Shown here one piece after another: positions 1 through 9,143 of a DNA stretch of 64,000 bases (position 1 is its first letter; the number at the start of each line of letters is the position of its first letter). The stretch is taken from assembly GCA_040388335.1 (NCBI GenBank), contig JAZKCB010000031.1, forward strand, positions 7,076 to 71,075, given 5' to 3'. The notes beneath the pieces were generated by a model. That model was given only the letters and a program-made list of their open reading frames with translations. It ran no database searches and was not told the origin of the DNA. The position numbers and the translations under genes were made by a program. The DNA comes from Pseudomonadota bacterium (lineage in GTDB: Bacteria > Pseudomonadota > Gammaproteobacteria > Burkholderiales > Burkholderiaceae_C).

Positions 1-67
1 CCAGGCAGAATTTTTGGCCTCACATAGATAGCACATGCATGAATAATAGTGACAAACAGAAAGTCCC

Positions 68-1441
68 ATGTCAGAAAAAACCCCTTCTTCTGAAGCCGCC
101 ATCGAAGCTGCCATGAACCCCACCGCCGCCCCTGAGAAAAAAGCCGGCTGGCGCGACATCTGGAAGGTCTACACCGAAGCCGCCACCCTGCGCATGCTGC
201 TGCTGGGATTTTCGGCCGGCCTGCCCTTGCTGCTGGTGTTTGGCACGCTGAGTTTCTGGCTGCGCGAAGCCGGCATTGACCGCACCACCATCGGGTTTTT
301 AAGTTGGGTCGGGCTGGCCTACGGTTTCAAATGGGTCTGGGCGCCGCTGGTGGACCGCATGCCGATCCCGCTGCTGACGCGCGCACTGGGCCGCCGCCGC
401 AGCTGGCTGCTGCTGTCGCAACTCACCGTCATTGCGGCGCTGGTCGGCATGGCCGTGACAGACCCGCGCCTGGCCTTGATGCCTGTCATCTGGTGCGCAC
501 TGGCCGTGGCTTTTGGTTCGGCCACACAGGACATCGCGCTCGACGCCTACCGCATTGAATCTGCCGACGTGCAGCGCCAGGCTGCGCTGGCTGCGAGCTA
601 TCAGACCGGCTACCGCATCGCCATGATCTGGGCCGGCGCAGGCGCGCTCTGGATTGCGGCGCGCGCCGAGGTGGCGGGCGTCACCGGCTATCAGCAGGGC
701 GCCTGGCAGGTGGCTTACCTGGTGATGGCCGCGTCGATGTTGCTGGGTGTGGCCACCGTGTTGCTGTCGCCCGAGCCCATACCGCGCGCCCTGGCGCCAT
801 CACGCAATGCCGCCGAGTGGCTGAAAAGCGCGCTCGTCGATCCCTTCGCCGACTTTTTGCGTCGCTACGGCAAGCAGGCCGTGCTGATCCTCGCGCTGAT
901 TGCGATCTACCGCATCAGCGATGTCGTGATGGGCATCATGGCCAACCCTTTCTACGTCGACATGGGCTACACCAAGGATGAAGTCGCCGCCGTCACCAAG
1001 ATTTTTGGCGTGATCATGACGCTGGTTGGCGCCTTTGTCGGCGGCGGGCTGGCGATGCGCTTTGGCGTGATGAAGGTGCTGATGCTGGGCGCCGTGCTCA
1101 GCGCGGGCAGCAACCTGATGTTTGCCTGGCTGGGCTCGCGCGGCCATGACGTCAACGCGCTGATTTTTGTGATCTCTGCCGACAACCTGTCCAGCGGCAT
1201 TGCCTCCGCCGCATTCATCGCCTATCTCTCCAGCCTGACCAACGTCAACTACTCGGCCACGCAATACGCGCTGTTCAGCTCCATGATGCTGCTGCTGCCG
1301 AAATTCCTGGCCGGCTATTCTGGCAAGTATGTGGATGCCTTTGGCTATACGCACTTTTTCACGGCGACGGCAATCCTTGGGCTGCCGGTGCTCCTTCTGG
1401 TCTGGCTGGCTTCCCGCATGAAGAAGCCTGAAGGCGCATGA
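68..1441 (+). CDS. ampG: AmpG-family muropeptide MFS transporter
   Basis: 457-aa hydrophobic ORF with AmpG motifs LGFSAGLP, FKWVWAPLVD, SATQDIALDAYRIE, SATQYALFSS. Confidence 0.9.
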   Translation: MSEKTPSSEAAIEAAMNPTAAPEKKAGWRDIWKVYTEAATLRMLLLGFSAGLPLLLVFGTLSFWLREAGIDRTTIGFLSWVGLAYGFKWVWAPLVDRMPIPLLTRALGRRRSWLLLSQLTVIAALVGMAVTDPRLALMPVIWCALAVAFGSATQDIALDAYRIESADVQRQAALAASYQTGYRIAMIWAGAGALWIAARAEVAGVTGYQQGAWQVAYLVMAASMLLGVATVLLSPEPIPRALAPSRNAAEWLKSALVDPFADFLRRYGKQAVLILALIAIYRISDVVMGIMANPFYVDMGYTKDEVAAVTKIFGVIMTLVGAFVGGGLAMRFGVMKVLMLGAVLSAGSNLMFAWLGSRGHDVNALIFVISADNLSSGIASAAFIAYLSSLTNVNYSATQYALFSSMMLLLPKFLAGYSGKYVDAFGYTHFFTATAILGLPVLLLVWLASRMKKPEGA

Positions 1442-1562
1442 ACGACGCATGAACGGCAGCTGAAAGCAGCCGATGGTGTGCCAAACCGCTTTTGACCCAA
1501 GAGTGTTTTGTCTTACAGGCCGCGGCCTGCAGCGCGTGTAAGCTGCCCTGTCATGCGAGCGG

Positions 1563-1578
1563 TTTACCGCAACTTTAC
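1563..1578 (-). promoter_or_regulatory. Candidate CpxR/OmpR-type direct-repeat box (GTAAA-N6-GTAAA)
   Basis: TTTAC-cgcaac-TTTAC on + strand, ~100 bp upstream of the response regulator. Confidence 0.4.
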
Positions 1579-1675
1579 GGTGTCTACAAGCACCCTTGTT
1601 TTGTAAAGCGCACCATTTACATATCGCTACTCACAGGGGCAATAGCCTCTTGAACACGCAATGGAGGATTCGCTC

Positions 1676-2401
1676 ATGGCTCAACAGCAACTTTTAATGA
1701 TTGAAGACGACACCCGCCTGGCAGGCATGGTGGGTGAATACCTGCGCCAGTCGGGCTACGGTTTTGTGCATGCCGCCGACGGCGCTGCGGGTCTGGCCGC
1801 ACTTCAGGCCAACACGCCTGACCTCGTTATCCTCGACCTCATGCTCCCCGACATGGACGGCCTTGAAGTCTGCCGTCGCATCAAGGGCCAGGGCAGCGAG
1901 CAGGCCGGCACCGCCGTGCTCATGCTGACCGCCAAGGGCGACCCGATGGACCGCATCGTCGGCCTGGAGATCGGCGCCGACGACTACCTGCCCAAACCCT
2001 TTGAGCCGCGCGAACTGCTGGCCCGCATCCGCGCCGTTTTGCGCCGTGGCGGTGAAGCCAGCGCTGCAGGCGGCGCTGGCGGCAGCTCGCAAAAGGTCAT
2101 GCGTTTTGGCTCGCTTGAGATCGACCGCGATGCACGCACAGTCACCGTGTCCGGCAACATCTCCGAGCTGACCTCTTACCAGTTTGACCTGCTGGTGGCG
2201 CTGGCTGAACGCTCCGGCCGCGTGCTGAGCCGCGACCAGATCATGGAAGCCGTGCGCGGCCGCGAGCTGGAGGCTTTCGACCGCTCCATTGACGTGCACA
2301 TGGGCCGCATCCGCAGCGCCATCGAGTCCGACCCCAAAGACCCCAAGCGCATACTCACGGTGCGCGGTGTAGGCTACGTTTTCGCCAAACAACAAGACTA
2401 G
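1676..2401 (+). CDS. OmpR/CpxR-family response regulator
   Basis: Receiver (LMIEDD, ILDLMLP, KPF) plus winged-helix C-terminus (DRSIDVHMGRIR, TVRGVGY); GGAGG upstream of ATG 1676 (alternative start 1661). Confidence 0.9.
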   Translation: MAQQQLLMIEDDTRLAGMVGEYLRQSGYGFVHAADGAAGLAALQANTPDLVILDLMLPDMDGLEVCRRIKGQGSEQAGTAVLMLTAKGDPMDRIVGLEIGADDYLPKPFEPRELLARIRAVLRRGGEASAAGGAGGSSQKVMRFGSLEIDRDARTVTVSGNISELTSYQFDLLVALAERSGRVLSRDQIMEAVRGRELEAFDRSIDVHMGRIRSAIESDPKDPKRILTVRGVGYVFAKQQD

Positions 2402-2416
2402 AACGGTTCAACCGCC

Positions 2417-3661
2417 ATGCAGCTCATGTGGACACGGTTCACCTCGCACCTTTATGTCCGCATCTGGCTGGCGGTAGTCGCCACCGTCGTCGTGCTGACC
2501 TTTCTGGTCGCCGCCGCCTGGCGCTTCACCAAGGACCCGCCGCAGCTGCCGATACGCGAGGTGCTGGTCCACAACACCCATGGCGAGGTCATTGGCACGG
2601 CGCAGACCAAGCCCGACCGCAAGCTGGGTGATGACCTCGAGTTTGACGTCGTTACCAGGGACGGCCAGTCGCTCAAACTGCTGCTGCCCCGGCCAAAGCG
2701 GCCTCCCCCGCCGCCCTGGGGCCGTCCGCCTTTTGACTTTGGCTGGATGCTGATTGTGGTGGGCCTGGCTGTCGCCCTGGGTGCCTACCCGGTCATGCGC
2801 CGCCTGACGCTCAGGCTTGAATCGCTGCAGCGCGGCGTGGAGCGCTGGGGCGAAGGCGATCTGTCGGCGCGCGTCAGCACCGAAGGCAGCGACGAAGTGG
2901 CTTTTCTCGCAGCGCGTTTCAATCACGCGGCCGAGCGCATTGAAACACTCATGAACTCGCACAAGTCATTGCTGGCCAATGCCTCGCATGAACTGCGCTC
3001 GCCGCTGGCCCGTATCCGCATGGGGCTGGAGCTGATGGGTGCAGATGCCAACTCGCCGCAGCGCATGGAAATTTCACGCAGCATCAACGAGCTGGACCAG
3101 CTGATTGATGAAATTTTGCTGGCCAGCCGTCTGGATGCGCGCCAGTCAGATGCCGAGCCGCTGGAGCGCCTGGACCTGACCGGCCTGGCGGCCGAAGAAT
3201 GCTCCCGCGTCAATGCTGAACTGAGCGCAGACCTCGATGCCTCAACCACTTCGGTTCAGTCCACCGGCACCAGCCTGGGCGTGGCCAGCACAGGCCGAAG
3301 CCTGAACGTGCAGGGATCGCCACGCCTGCTGCGGCGCCTGCTGCGCAACCTGCTTGAAAACGCCAGGCGCTACAGCAATGGCGATGTCAGCCTGGAGCTT
3401 TCTCAGGTTCGCAAGGGCGGGCGCGAGATGGCGGTGATCAAGGTCAATGACCGCGGGCCCGGCGTGCCGGAGGCGCAGCGCGAACGCATCTTTGAACCCT
3501 TCTATCGCCTGCCCGGTGCCAGCGAGCGTGAAGGCGGTGTGGGCCTGGGCCTGGCGCTCGTCAAGTCCATCAGCCAGCGCCATGGCGGTACGGTGCGATG
3601 CGAGGCTCGGCCCGGTGGTGGCGCTTCGTTTGTGGTGGAGTTGCCTGTGCATCAGGCTTGA
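2417..3661 (+). CDS. HAMP-domain sensor histidine kinase, cognate to upstream regulator
   Basis: Two TM segments, HAMP, H-box ASHELRSPL, N box NLLENA, G boxes DRGPG and GLGL. Confidence 0.9.
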   Translation: MQLMWTRFTSHLYVRIWLAVVATVVVLTFLVAAAWRFTKDPPQLPIREVLVHNTHGEVIGTAQTKPDRKLGDDLEFDVVTRDGQSLKLLLPRPKRPPPPPWGRPPFDFGWMLIVVGLAVALGAYPVMRRLTLRLESLQRGVERWGEGDLSARVSTEGSDEVAFLAARFNHAAERIETLMNSHKSLLANASHELRSPLARIRMGLELMGADANSPQRMEISRSINELDQLIDEILLASRLDARQSDAEPLERLDLTGLAAEECSRVNAELSADLDASTTSVQSTGTSLGVASTGRSLNVQGSPRLLRRLLRNLLENARRYSNGDVSLELSQVRKGGREMAVIKVNDRGPGVPEAQRERIFEPFYRLPGASEREGGVGLGLALVKSISQRHGGTVRCEARPGGGASFVVELPVHQA

Positions 3662-3679
3662 TAACTTCTCTGCCAGAGT

Positions 3680-3703
3680 AAAGCCGCCGCAAGGCGGCTT
3701 TTT
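3680..3703 (+). terminator. Rho-independent terminator
   Basis: AAAGCCGCC-GCAA-GGCGGCTTTTT after kinase stop. Confidence 0.8.
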
Positions 3704-3758
3704 GATTGCCGGGACCGTTTTGATAACCTTGGTGCACACACACTCATCCTCGAACGCC

Positions 3759-4376
3759 ATGACAACACCCTTCAATGCCCCGCAAGGTTTTTCACACGTC
3801 AACAGCGAGCGCATGCCGCTGATGACGCGCGAGCAGATGTCACCCGCACAGCAGCAGGCTGCAGACGAACTGATCGCCGGGCCGCGCAAGGCCGTGTTCG
3901 GGCCTTTTGTGCCGCTGATGCGCAGCCCCGAACTGATGGCGCGCATCGGCCGGGTCGGCGAATACCTGCGCTTTCAGGGCAAGCTCGATGCGCGCCTCCG
4001 CGAACTGGTGACCTGCGTGGCGTCGCGCCATGTGTCCAATCAGTTTGAGTGGCTGATGCATGCGCCGCTGGCGCTCAAGGCCGGTGTGGCGCAATCCACG
4101 CTGGATGCGATTGCTGCGGGCAAATGCCCGCGCGAGCTACCGGCCGATGAAGCCCTCGCCATCGATTTTTCGCATGAGCTGCTGCGGAACAACGGCGTCT
4201 GCGATGCGACCTATTCGCAGGCGATGGCTGCGCTCGGCGAAGAGGGGGTGATGGAACTCACCAGCCTGATCGGCTACTTCGTGATGATTTGCTGGGCCAT
4301 GAATGTGGCGCGTACGCCGGCCTTGCCGGTGCAGGGCGATGTGGCGTTTGCGCCGCTGTCGGCTTTGCCGGCCTGA
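3759..4376 (+). CDS. Carboxymuconolactone decarboxylase (CMD/AhpD-like) family protein
   Basis: GPF..LMRSPEL, RLRELV, FEWLMH pattern; start moved to ATG 3759 because the longer ORF overlaps the kinase. Confidence 0.75.
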   Translation: MTTPFNAPQGFSHVNSERMPLMTREQMSPAQQQAADELIAGPRKAVFGPFVPLMRSPELMARIGRVGEYLRFQGKLDARLRELVTCVASRHVSNQFEWLMHAPLALKAGVAQSTLDAIAAGKCPRELPADEALAIDFSHELLRNNGVCDATYSQAMAALGEEGVMELTSLIGYFVMICWAMNVARTPALPVQGDVAFAPLSALPA

Positions 4377-4383
4377 CAGCGAG

Positions 4384-5385
4384 TCAAACCGTCAGCGCGT
4401 TCAGCACCCGCTGCGCACCGATGTCGTTCAGGCAGCGCGTGTGGCCCAGCGGGCATTCACGTTCAAAGCAGGGCGCACAATCGAGCGGCGGCTGGTAGTC
4501 AGGGTCGTTCTTGAGCCAGAGCACCACAGCCTTGCTGCTCAGCGGCGGCGTGTGCAGCGGGCTTGACGAGCCAAAGATCGCCACCTGCGGCACACCAAAG
4601 GCCGCAGCCACATGCATGAGGCCGGAGTCGTTGCTGATGGTCGCCTTGCTCGCGGCAATCAGGCACAGCGCCTGCAGCAGCGAGGTGCGGCCTGCGAAGT
4701 TGATGCACTGGCCTGGCTTTGCAGCATTCACGGGCGCGGCGATCTCGTCGCAGAGCGCGGCCTCCTTGCCGGAGCCAAGCAACACCACCGGCTTGTCGAG
4801 CTGCACCGCCAGTTGGGAGAAATGCCGCGCCGGCCAGCGCTTGGCCGGGCCGTATTCAGCGCCGGGTGCAAACACGTAAAAACCGCCACGCTGCAAGCCT
4901 AGCTCGTCCAGGCTTTTGTCTATGTCTGCTTCGCCCATCTGCAGTTGCGGGCGGTCGGCTTCCAGACCGCCCTCACCGCTGAGCGCTGAATAAAACGCCA
5001 CCATGGGCGGCCTGTTTTTCGGGTTTTTAAGGCGGTGCGTCAGCAGGCCGACACGCGCCTCGCCAAAGTAGCCGATGCGCTCCGGAATGCTGGCCAGAAA
5101 AGGCAGCAGCGCACTCTTGATCGAGTTGGGCAGAACGTAAGCCTTGTCGAACTGACCCTGAATGCGTTTGGCAATCGCCCGCCGTTCGCGGAACTGCAGG
5201 CCGCCATGCGCGAACGGGAATTCAATGACCTCGGCGACCTGCGGCATGGCACGGTACACCGGTGCCACCCAGGGCAGGGCGCCGACGGTGAGCTTTTCGC
5301 CGCGCGCATGCAGGCGGCGCAGCAGGGGCTCGGTCATGACCGCGTCGCCTATCCATTGAGGCGCAATAACCAGAGTCCGGGTCAA
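4384..5385 (-). CDS. waaF: Lipopolysaccharide heptosyltransferase II
   Basis: PQWIGDAVM, PGAEYGPAKRWP, SNDSGLMHVAAA (GT9); TTG start. Confidence 0.92.
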   Translation of the reverse strand: MTRTLVIAPQWIGDAVMTEPLLRRLHARGEKLTVGALPWVAPVYRAMPQVAEVIEFPFAHGGLQFRERRAIAKRIQGQFDKAYVLPNSIKSALLPFLASIPERIGYFGEARVGLLTHRLKNPKNRPPMVAFYSALSGEGGLEADRPQLQMGEADIDKSLDELGLQRGGFYVFAPGAEYGPAKRWPARHFSQLAVQLDKPVVLLGSGKEAALCDEIAAPVNAAKPGQCINFAGRTSLLQALCLIAASKATISNDSGLMHVAAAFGVPQVAIFGSSSPLHTPPLSSKAVVLWLKNDPDYQPPLDCAPCFERECPLGHTRCLNDIGAQRVLNALTV

Positions 5386-5389
5386 GGCT

Positions 5390-5462
5390 TGTCATTGCGG
5401 ACTTGATCCGCAATCCATGACTTGCGAGAGGCCATGGATACCGGGTCAAGCCCGGTATGACA
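5390..5462. repeat. CGTC/TGTC-type REP doublet (REPIN-like inverted pair)
   Basis: TGTCATTGCGGACTTGATCCGCAATCCATG (5390-5419) and inverted partner TGTCATACCGGGCTTGACCCGGTATCCATG (5433-5462, - strand); each arm is a hairpin. Confidence 0.8.
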
Positions 5463-5473
5463 GCCCTTGTTTT

Positions 5474-5683
5474 TCAATGTCCGGCGCCGAAGTGTTCGCC
5501 AGCCTTGAGCGCGTACACCGTGCCGCAATAAGGGCACTTGGCGCTGCCGGTGCGCGCCACGTCCAGGTAGACCTTGGGGTGGCTGTTCCAGATTTTCATG
5601 TCTGCCTTGGGGCTGGGGCAGAAGACGCCGCCCTGGTGGTTCAGGTCGGAGGCCAGCAGTTCAATGGATGCGGTGGTGGTCAT
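5474..5683 (-). CDS. Zinc-finger (zf-CHCC) small protein
   Basis: CP...HPKVYL...CPYCG motif. Confidence 0.85.
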   Translation of the reverse strand: MTTTASIELLASDLNHQGGVFCPSPKADMKIWNSHPKVYLDVARTGSAKCPYCGTVYALKAGEHFGAGH

Positions 5684-5695
5684 GGTGAATCTGCC

Positions 5696-6634
5696 TCAAA
5701 CTTTCGTTAGCCAGTGTGCGTATTTGGGATTGCGTCCGTTCACGATATCGAAGAACGCATTCTGTATTTTTTCAGTAATGGGGCCACGCGAGCCAATGCC
5801 GATCTCGATGCGGTCGAGTTCGCGGATGGGGGTCACTTCAGCCGCTGTGCCCGTGAAGAAGGCTTCGTCGGCGATATAGACCTCGTCACGCGTGATGCGT
5901 TTTTGCACCAGTTCCAGACCCAGGTCCTTGCAGATGTGCATGACGGTGTTGCGGGTGATGCCGTTCAATGCACCGGCCGACAGATCGGGCGTGTAGACCA
6001 CGCCGCCCTTGACGACAAAGATGTTCTCGCCAGCGCCTTCGCTCACAAAACCTGATGCGTCGAGCAGCAGGGCTTCGTCGTAGCCGTCGTCCAGCGCTTC
6101 CATGTTGGCAAGGATGGAGTTGGTGTAGTTGCTGACCGCCTTGGCCTGCGTCATGGTGATGTTGACGTGGTGGCGGGTGTAGCTCGACACCTTGACGCGA
6201 ATGCCGCGCTTCATGCCTTCTTCGCCCAGGTAAGCGCCCCACTCCCAGGCCGCGACCATGGCGTGGATGGTGTTGCCGCGCGGGCTGACGCCCAGCTTTT
6301 GCGAACCGATCCAGGTCAGCGGGCGGAGATAACCGCTCTCGAGCTTGTTTTCGCGCACGACGGCTTTTTGCGCCTCATTGATTTCCTGCTGGGTGAAAGG
6401 GATCTTCATGCGCAGGATCTTGGCGCTGTTGAAGAAACGCTCGGTGTGCTCTTCCATGCGGAAGATGGCCGTGCCGTCGGCTGTCTTGTAGGCGCGCACA
6501 CCTTCAAAGGCGCCGCAGCCGTAATGCAGGGTGTGGCTGAGTACGTGGATCTTGGCGTCGCGCCAGTCGACCATCTGGCCGTCCATCCAGATTTTGCCGT
6601 CGCGGTCTGCCATGGAGGGTGCTACTGGGGACAT
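5696..6634 (-). CDS. ilvE: Branched-chain amino acid aminotransferase
   Basis: HTLHYG..AFEGVRAY, EGAGENIF, FFTGTAAEVTPI; start trimmed to ATG 6634. Confidence 0.95.
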   Translation of the reverse strand: MSPVAPSMADRDGKIWMDGQMVDWRDAKIHVLSHTLHYGCGAFEGVRAYKTADGTAIFRMEEHTERFFNSAKILRMKIPFTQQEINEAQKAVVRENKLESGYLRPLTWIGSQKLGVSPRGNTIHAMVAAWEWGAYLGEEGMKRGIRVKVSSYTRHHVNITMTQAKAVSNYTNSILANMEALDDGYDEALLLDASGFVSEGAGENIFVVKGGVVYTPDLSAGALNGITRNTVMHICKDLGLELVQKRITRDEVYIADEAFFTGTAAEVTPIRELDRIEIGIGSRGPITEKIQNAFFDIVNGRNPKYAHWLTKV

Positions 6635-6746
6635 GGTGATGTGATCCTGTGTGGTGTCGTGGTGGTATGGGTCAGTCAGGCGCGGCCCGCCGACTGGCGG
6701 CAGCTGCTTTAACCGGAAAGTGCCGGAAAGACCCGAAACATCGATT

Positions 6747-7184
6747 TTACGGGGCGGGCGGCAGTTCAGGCGGGGTAGGCGTCGGCGGGTCTTCCGGCTG
6801 CGGCCTGAAGAGCTCATGATGCGACAGCTTGCCGCCCACAAAGGTGGCCGTCACGCGCGACTCGGAGCCGTCCGTCCAGGCAAAGACTTCGGGCTGCTCG
6901 TCCTTGACGGATTTGAGCTGACCCAAAGATTTGGTCATGGCCACCACGTGCAGCAACGTCATGCCGGGGCGAAGCTTGGCGTTCAGCATCACGGCGCTGT
7001 CGACATAACCAACGGGCCGGTTGGAGGCGCGCTTGAGCACCTGCATGGTCCGGTTGAAATTGAGCAGGATCCAGAACACCAGCATGCTGGCAAGACCGGC
7101 GATGCCCTGCCAGCCATAAAAACGATAGGCCAGCACCGCCGCCACGATGATCGCAATGGGAACGAATATTTTTTGGAAGTTCAT
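6747..7184 (-). CDS. Conserved hypothetical membrane protein
   Basis: Two N-terminal hydrophobic segments and Pro-rich tail; codirectional with ilvE; start trimmed to ATG 7184. Confidence 0.7.
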   Translation of the reverse strand: MNFQKIFVPIAIIVAAVLAYRFYGWQGIAGLASMLVFWILLNFNRTMQVLKRASNRPVGYVDSAVMLNAKLRPGMTLLHVVAMTKSLGQLKSVKDEQPEVFAWTDGSESRVTATFVGGKLSHHELFRPQPEDPPTPTPPELPPAP

Positions 7185-7384
7185 GCGGCTATTTTCGCAG
7201 CATGGCGGCAAGCCAGATTGTGGGCAATGCTTAGGCCGTGACAGGGTGGTGCGTTGGCGCCGACCAGCAGATGGTGCTTGAGGCGAGAGTGCAGCCCGGA
7301 TGAACTACCTCTACGGAACGTCAAACGGACGAGGGCATCAATAGGGTATCTGCGGGTGCCGGCGCCCGGGGTGGGTCTGATAGC

Positions 7385-9139
7385 ATGACCCATGCCATCT
7401 TGCAGGCAACGCACGCAAAGATCATGAACGATACACAGTCAGCTGACGAGCGACTGGGCGAACTTGTTCATCTCAACAGGCTATACGAGACACTGAGCCT
7501 CATCAACCAGGCCATCGTCGTCGCCACTACCCGGGAGCAGCTTTTGCAACGGTCCTGCCAGGTGCTGGTTGACCACTGTGGCTTTCGTATGGCCTGGGTG
7601 GGCTGGCTCGACAAGCCCGGAGGGCGGATCCAGCCTCTGGCCAGCTTTGGCGATGACACCGGCTACCTCAAGAATATCGTGGTGTCCGCCGACGACCGGC
7701 CCGAAGCCGGTGGCCCGAGCGGGACCACCTTGCGCACCGGCGAACCTTGTATCAGCGGCGACCTGCTCAATGACCCGGCCATGCAGCCCTGGCGTGCGGC
7801 GCTGCTGGAGCGCGGCTATCGCGCATCAGCCGCCTTCCCGCTGCGGCTTGACGGGGTGGTGGGCGGAACCCTCAGTGTCTATTCGGACGAACCGGGATTC
7901 TTCCAGAAGCGGGAAGTAGGCCTGCTCGTCACGGTTGCGCGCGACATTTCTTTCGGTCTCGACAACATCGCGCGCGATGAAGCGCGGCGGCAAGCCGAGC
8001 TGACAGTCCGGCACGAGCGTGACTTTTCAGAAGCCATCCTCAACAGCCTGCCCGGCGTGCTCTACCTGTATGACGAGGCCGGCCACTTCCTGCGGTGGAA
8101 CGAGAACTTTGAACGCGTCACGGGTTACAGCGCGGCCGAAATCGCCACAATGCATCCGCTGGATTTTTTTACCGCGCCAGAAAAAGACCTGCTGGCCGCC
8201 AGCATCGAGCGTGTCTTCACGCACGGCGAAGCAGGCGTGGAGGCGGGATTTCTTTCGCGCGACGGCCGCGTGACGCCCTACCAGTTCACCGGCGTGTTGA
8301 CGATTTTTAGGGGCAGAAAGTGCCTGATCGGCGTGGGCATCGACTTGTCCGCGCGAATCAGGGAAGAACAGGCCAGGCGGGCCAGCGAGTCTGCGCTGGC
8401 CAGGGCGGAGGCTGCCGACCAGGTCAAGTCGGCGTTTCTGGCCACGATGTCGCACGAATTGCGCACTCCGCTCAACTCCATCATCGGATTCACCGGGATC
8501 ATCCTGCAGGGCCTGGCCGGCCCGCTGAACGCGGAACAGACCACACAGCTGGGCATGGTGCGCAGGAGCGCGAGACATCTGCTGGCACTGATCAACGACG
8601 TGCTGGACATCTCCAAGATCGAAGCCGGCCAGCTCAAGGTGCAGGCTGAGGCCTTCGATCTGCCGGACGTCATTGGCCAGATTGTCGAGTCCCTGCGCCC
8701 CCAGGCTGATGCACGCGGCCTTGCGCTTTCGGCAGACATCTCGCCGCAACTGGGGGAGGTATGGCTGGACCGCCGGCGGGTGGAGCAGATACTGCTGAAT
8801 CTTCTGAACAATGCCATCAAGTTCACCGAGCGCGGCAGCATCACGCTTGCCGCCGGGGTGGAACTCCTCACACCGCTGAGCGGCGGGCTGCCCCGGCCGG
8901 GCGTGCAGTTGAGGGTGACCGATTCGGGCATCGGCATCAAGCCCGGGGACCTCTTGACACTGTTCCAGCCGTTCCGCCAGATTGACTCGGGCCTGTCGCG
9001 CCAGCATGATGGGACCGGCCTCGGGCTGGCCATCTGCCAGCGGCTGACCCAGCTGATGGGGGGCAGCATTCGCGCCGAAAGCGAGTGGGGCCAGGGAAGC
9101 ACATTCACCGTCACGCTGCCGCTGCGCCAAACCACCTGA
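7385..9139 (+). CDS. GAF-PAS sensor histidine kinase
   Basis: GAF-like N-terminus, PAS (WNENFERVTGYS), FLATMSHELRTPL, NAIKFT, DSGIG, GTGLGL; start may be 7424. Confidence 0.9.
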   Translation: MTHAILQATHAKIMNDTQSADERLGELVHLNRLYETLSLINQAIVVATTREQLLQRSCQVLVDHCGFRMAWVGWLDKPGGRIQPLASFGDDTGYLKNIVVSADDRPEAGGPSGTTLRTGEPCISGDLLNDPAMQPWRAALLERGYRASAAFPLRLDGVVGGTLSVYSDEPGFFQKREVGLLVTVARDISFGLDNIARDEARRQAELTVRHERDFSEAILNSLPGVLYLYDEAGHFLRWNENFERVTGYSAAEIATMHPLDFFTAPEKDLLAASIERVFTHGEAGVEAGFLSRDGRVTPYQFTGVLTIFRGRKCLIGVGIDLSARIREEQARRASESALARAEAADQVKSAFLATMSHELRTPLNSIIGFTGIILQGLAGPLNAEQTTQLGMVRRSARHLLALINDVLDISKIEAGQLKVQAEAFDLPDVIGQIVESLRPQADARGLALSADISPQLGEVWLDRRRVEQILLNLLNNAIKFTERGSITLAAGVELLTPLSGGLPRPGVQLRVTDSGIGIKPGDLLTLFQPFRQIDSGLSRQHDGTGLGLAICQRLTQLMGGSIRAESEWGQGSTFTVTLPLRQTT

Positions 9140-9143
9140 AGCC

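Noticed and set aside
1-40. TTTTTGGCCT...TAGATAGC resembling the dispersed element end
   Set aside because: Lacks the GCAGCTAY arm and correct spacing; truncated by the window edge.
3447-3758. N-terminal extension of the CMD-family ORF
   Set aside because: Overlaps the kinase and crosses its terminator; ATG 3759 is more plausible.
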